Shown piece after piece: positions 60,660-64,000 of a stretch of DNA of 64,000 nt. Numbering within the stretch: the stretch's first letter is position 1; every line of letters starts with the position of its first letter. The notes beneath the pieces were generated by a model. The model searched no databases and was not told the DNA's origin. It saw only the letters and a list, made by a program, of their open reading frames with translations. A program made the position numbers and the translations under genes. Source of the stretch: Tubulanus polymorphus (lineage: Eukaryota > Animalia > Nemertea); NCBI RefSeq assembly GCF_964204645.1, contig NC_134028.1, positions 16,995,653 to 17,059,652 on the forward strand, in the 5' to 3' direction.

Positions 60660-63600
60660 ATAATGAAAGAATTGTTTCCAACTACGCAGAGCACGAGTAC
60701 GTTCACTATGGAGGAACAGGACACCGCGTCTCGTGATGATGATGATGATGATGATATATTGATACCGTTCTCAAGTCCTGTTACACCACCTGCTATCACC
60801 AAACCTAAAGCAATCTTCAACCCTGACGATTATGCCCTACCAATCCGTACCTTTGGAACACAGACATTAATTGTAAGTTTTTATCAAGCTTTTGTTTCGT
60901 AACAGTCGTAGAAATTCAGTTTTCCTTTCATTAAAAATTTATGAAAAATAATCTTTATAGGAACGTCGTCATACTGCAGTACAGTATGATGCGAGTTATT
61001 TTAGAGCTGAAGCTGATACCCAAACAGAGAGTAGGCCTACCAGTACAACATCTGTTATCCAGTGCGAGCTCTTATGTGACAATAATGAATCGGATGAATC
61101 GGACATGGAATGTGAGGATAATGAGGAAGAATATTTGGATCCAACCTGGAATCCTGATGATTTTAAGTAAGTATATAAATGTTTACCTAACCCTTTATTT
61201 GGAAACGTAAGGCTGAAACACTAGTTTTAATTCTCAAGGAATACTTATGATATTCAATTAATACATACAGCTAGTGAAACTAAAATCATGAATCATTTTA
61301 GATTCTAAAAATTTTTTACAGAGATGACGGAGATGATGAAGAGGTTACGACATACTCAGTATCAGTAGCCGATGATCCACTCACGGAGGCAAAATTTCTC
61401 TGTTTTGAGTCAGCAGTGTTGTCTCTGCTGACTATCTGTACGATCTGCCTGTCACCATGTCAAGTAACGAAACGTTCAGTATCTGGATCAGCCGTGAAGT
61501 ACCAGACAGTCTGTAGTGGTCCCGATTCGCATGTTAGGGAATGGTCTTCACAGCCAGAACATCAACGGATGGCACTAGGAAATTTACTTGCTGCTGCGGG
61601 TGTCTTCTTCAGTGCTCTGAGCCCAAGTAAGTTCTTCACCATGTGCCAAAGTCTGAACATCAAGATGATAAACTTGCGCCATTTCTTCAGACTACAACGG
61701 AGTTACCTGAGTTTGGCTATCTATAATGTTTGGACTCGGAATCAGAAGGTAATGGTGACGGAATTACAGAAGCGAATAAAAAGACGAGAAACAAGCTATC
61801 GCTAGGTGGAGATGGACGCTGCTGTTCACCGGGCCATACAGCAAAGTATGGTTCGTACTCGATCATCGATATGGAGACCCAAAAAATTCTGGACTTTCAA
61901 CTCATTCAGGTAACTCAGGATATCTCAGCTATGTGAAACTCTAACAAGATGTTGAGGTAATTTTTAAACATTCTTAAGGTGAAACCTGATTTTTTATTCA
62001 TTGTTTTTTTTTGTAGAGCAACGAAGTAAGAAGTTCAAATTCAATGGAGTTGGAGGGATTCGAACGATGCATGGCATTTTTGAAAGAAAATAAACTGGGA
62101 GTTAAAGATATTACCACCGATCGTCACGTTCAAATAAAGAAATATTTACGGCAGAAAATGACAAATGTTACCCACTTCTTTGATGCATGGCATATATCAA
62201 AAGGTATTCAATTTGCAGATATGATAATTAGAATTGTCGAGTCGAGAAGATACACAATATCCATGTAAGATGAATAACGAGCAACGTTTTGGCTAATAAG
62301 TAACTATTAGCCATCATCAGGCGTACTGATGATGGCTAATAGTATTTAGCCGAAACGTTGCTCGAAATATATACAATTTACAATAGAACTTTTTATTTTT
62401 GGCTGAATCTATTGTGGGATTTCTCTCACAAAATTTTAATTAAAAGGTACCAGGTTTTGGATAATTACATGTATGATTTTATTTAGGAGAAGTAAAGCAA
62501 CTCGAAAAAGCAGCAAAACAGAAAAAATTCAAGAGTGTTGCAGAGTGGACAAAGTCAATTTCAAATCATCTCTACTGGGTGGCCTCAAGCAGTGAGGGTG
62601 ATGCAGAAATGGTGTTAGCGAAATGGAAGTCAATTGTCAACCATGTCGTTGATAAGCATGACGGACATGGCGAGAAATTTAAACAATGCGAACACGGCGA
62701 TTTGGAGGAAAGAAATTGGCTCAAGTCAGGTTAGTGTGTCTGACAGTATGAAGATTTCTTATCTAGAAGATGTTTGGAGTTATAAGACTGTATACTCCAA
62801 GGAAAATGTTAAAATAATTTTTTCAAAATCTATGTATGATACACAGAATTGGTGTAAGACTGAATATTGAGATAAAAATTAATTGAATATGAAGTTATTT
62901 TGGTCGAGTATGTCTGATATCTAAGTAGCTCCATCTGATGGGATAGCTGGTACCCTATGGTTTTGATATGGAAATCATTACAAATCTGAATAAATTTTGA
63001 AATTTCAGGAGTTTTTACCTCCAAATAAGACGACTGAGTGAATACATGCATTCAATTTTCTTTTTCTCATATCATTATTCGTTTTAGGTTCTGCGTGCCA
63101 CAAACTGCTCAAAGACATTGTCTTAAAACGAAATCTCCTGGCAGATATTTGACAAGTAGCCCCAAGTTCGCAAACATCCGCCTTGGAGTCCGACCACAAA
63201 ATTGTGATATACTTTGCCCCAAAATCGATGCATTTCTTCTATGATTCAATGTTGTCAAGGTAAAGAATTATTTAGTTATATATCAAATATTCGTTTGTCA
63301 ATGTTTACCCAAAATTGTTCATTGTGGCATCCATTTTCAGGCTTCAGCTCTCAGCTATGCACTTTAATGAAAACAGTGTTCGCGAACAGGCAGTTGACAA
63401 ATCTGGCAATCCACAATTCAAATTGTCGTATCCAAAGGCTCGTCATGGTGCACCAGTAGCGAAAGAAGTGAAAGTCCCAATAACCTACTGTGAGTTTTAC
63501 TAAATTTCTATTTTTTGAAAAATGCTGCAACATCTCTTTACAGAAACTGTTTCTGATTTTGAATGCACACTTAATTCAATTTCAGATTATTTGTCCGACT

Positions 63601-63791
63601 GTATGAATGAGGTGATAAGATTAAGAATGGAACACGAGAATCATCAGGCAGCTTCTAGAGCATGGAAGGAAATAAGTGTGGCAAGTGAGAAGGGAAATGT
63701 TGTGGATAAATTTGATCGGACTGATATCGTGAAAGAAGAAGTCGTTTTAGCTCATGTTAGCCGATTTAATCTACCTGTGAAATCTAAGTAA
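60660..63791 (+). pseudogene. Kolobok-family DDE transposase, multi-exon, with a frameshift and a stop
   Basis: WSSQP..GNLL, LGGDGRCCSPGHTAKYGSY, MELEG, TTDRH, FDAWH, SNHLYW, TSALES.H, FAPK, LSAMHFNEN; exons approx. 60660-60872, 60961-61166, 61322-61909, 62017-62203, 62488-62729, 63088-63258, 63341-63490, 63586-63791. Confidence 0.85.
62278..62364 (+). ncRNA. Penelope-type minimal hammerhead ribozyme motif in an inverted repeat (intronic insert)
   Basis: CTGATGA (62326) - stem II GGCTAA..TTAGCC - GAAAC (62352) - GTT; an inverted copy lies just upstream. Confidence 0.55.
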
Positions 63792-63912
63792 AACACAAAG
63801 ACATCTTAACAATGCATAGATCGGATTTATTATGTAATTATACAATGTACAAAAATGATATGGCAAATACAACATTTTATATATAAATCCCTTTTACTTG
63901 TCATCCACGAAC

Positions 63913-64000
63913 CTATAACCTCTCTGGTATAGCTGGATACTCAAAGCCGGTATAAAGTTCATTTGGAGAAGGCCACTTAAGTCGTATTGTTGAGACAACA
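63913..64000 (-). CDS. C-terminus of a KolX (P2X7 C-terminal-like / His-Me finger) accessory protein of Kolobok, convergent with the transposase
   Basis: Reads VVSTIRLKWPSPNELYTGFEYPAIPERL*, matching the CVVxxIRxxFPxxxxxYxGF end of KolX proteins. Confidence 0.7.
   Translation of the reverse strand, partial: VVSTIRLKWPSPNELYTGFEYPAIPERL

Overview
Eukaryotic (metazoan, probably marine invertebrate) DNA made almost entirely of nested mobile elements; no ordinary host gene is recognisable. In order: (1) the 3' exons of a KDZ (Kyakuja-Dileera-Zisupton)-type transposase, then an intron-containing, decayed DUF927/SF3-like helicase gene ending in a PHD finger, then GTTACA-rich repeats (1-9980); a LINE relic and a 2.4-kb long-TIR element are inserted in the helicase gene. 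(2) A tRNA-headed SINE, an SGNH-esterase pseudogene and a near-full-length RTE-X-like LINE with a solo-LTR-like insert in ORF1 (10153-18374). (3) A complete 18.2-kb Maverick/Polinton (adintovirus-like) element with 6-bp TSD, pPolB, minor and major capsid, A32-like ATPase, chromo-integrase and HNH nuclease; each TIR starts with a ~186-bp hairpin (19107-37288). (4) A minisatellite split by a segment with a MITE and a spliced MULE/SWIM transposase (37590-44915). (5) A complete 13.5-kb env-bearing Ty3/Gypsy provirus with 4-bp TSD and 1.25-kb LTRs. Its leader has four tandem LTR-end+PBS(tRNA-Phe) units and seven spaced antisense tRNA T-arm/B-box hairpins with covarying stems; its Env looks like a polyprotein with PPxY and YPxL late-domain motifs (46469-60012). 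(6) A spliced Kolobok transposase with a convergent KolX/P2X7-like ORF and an intronic Penelope-type hammerhead relic (60660-64000). Best candidates for undescribed systems: the retroviral tRNA-mimic leader array, the KDZ+helicase element and the hairpin-ended Maverick. All family assignments are by eye from motifs; no database search was run.
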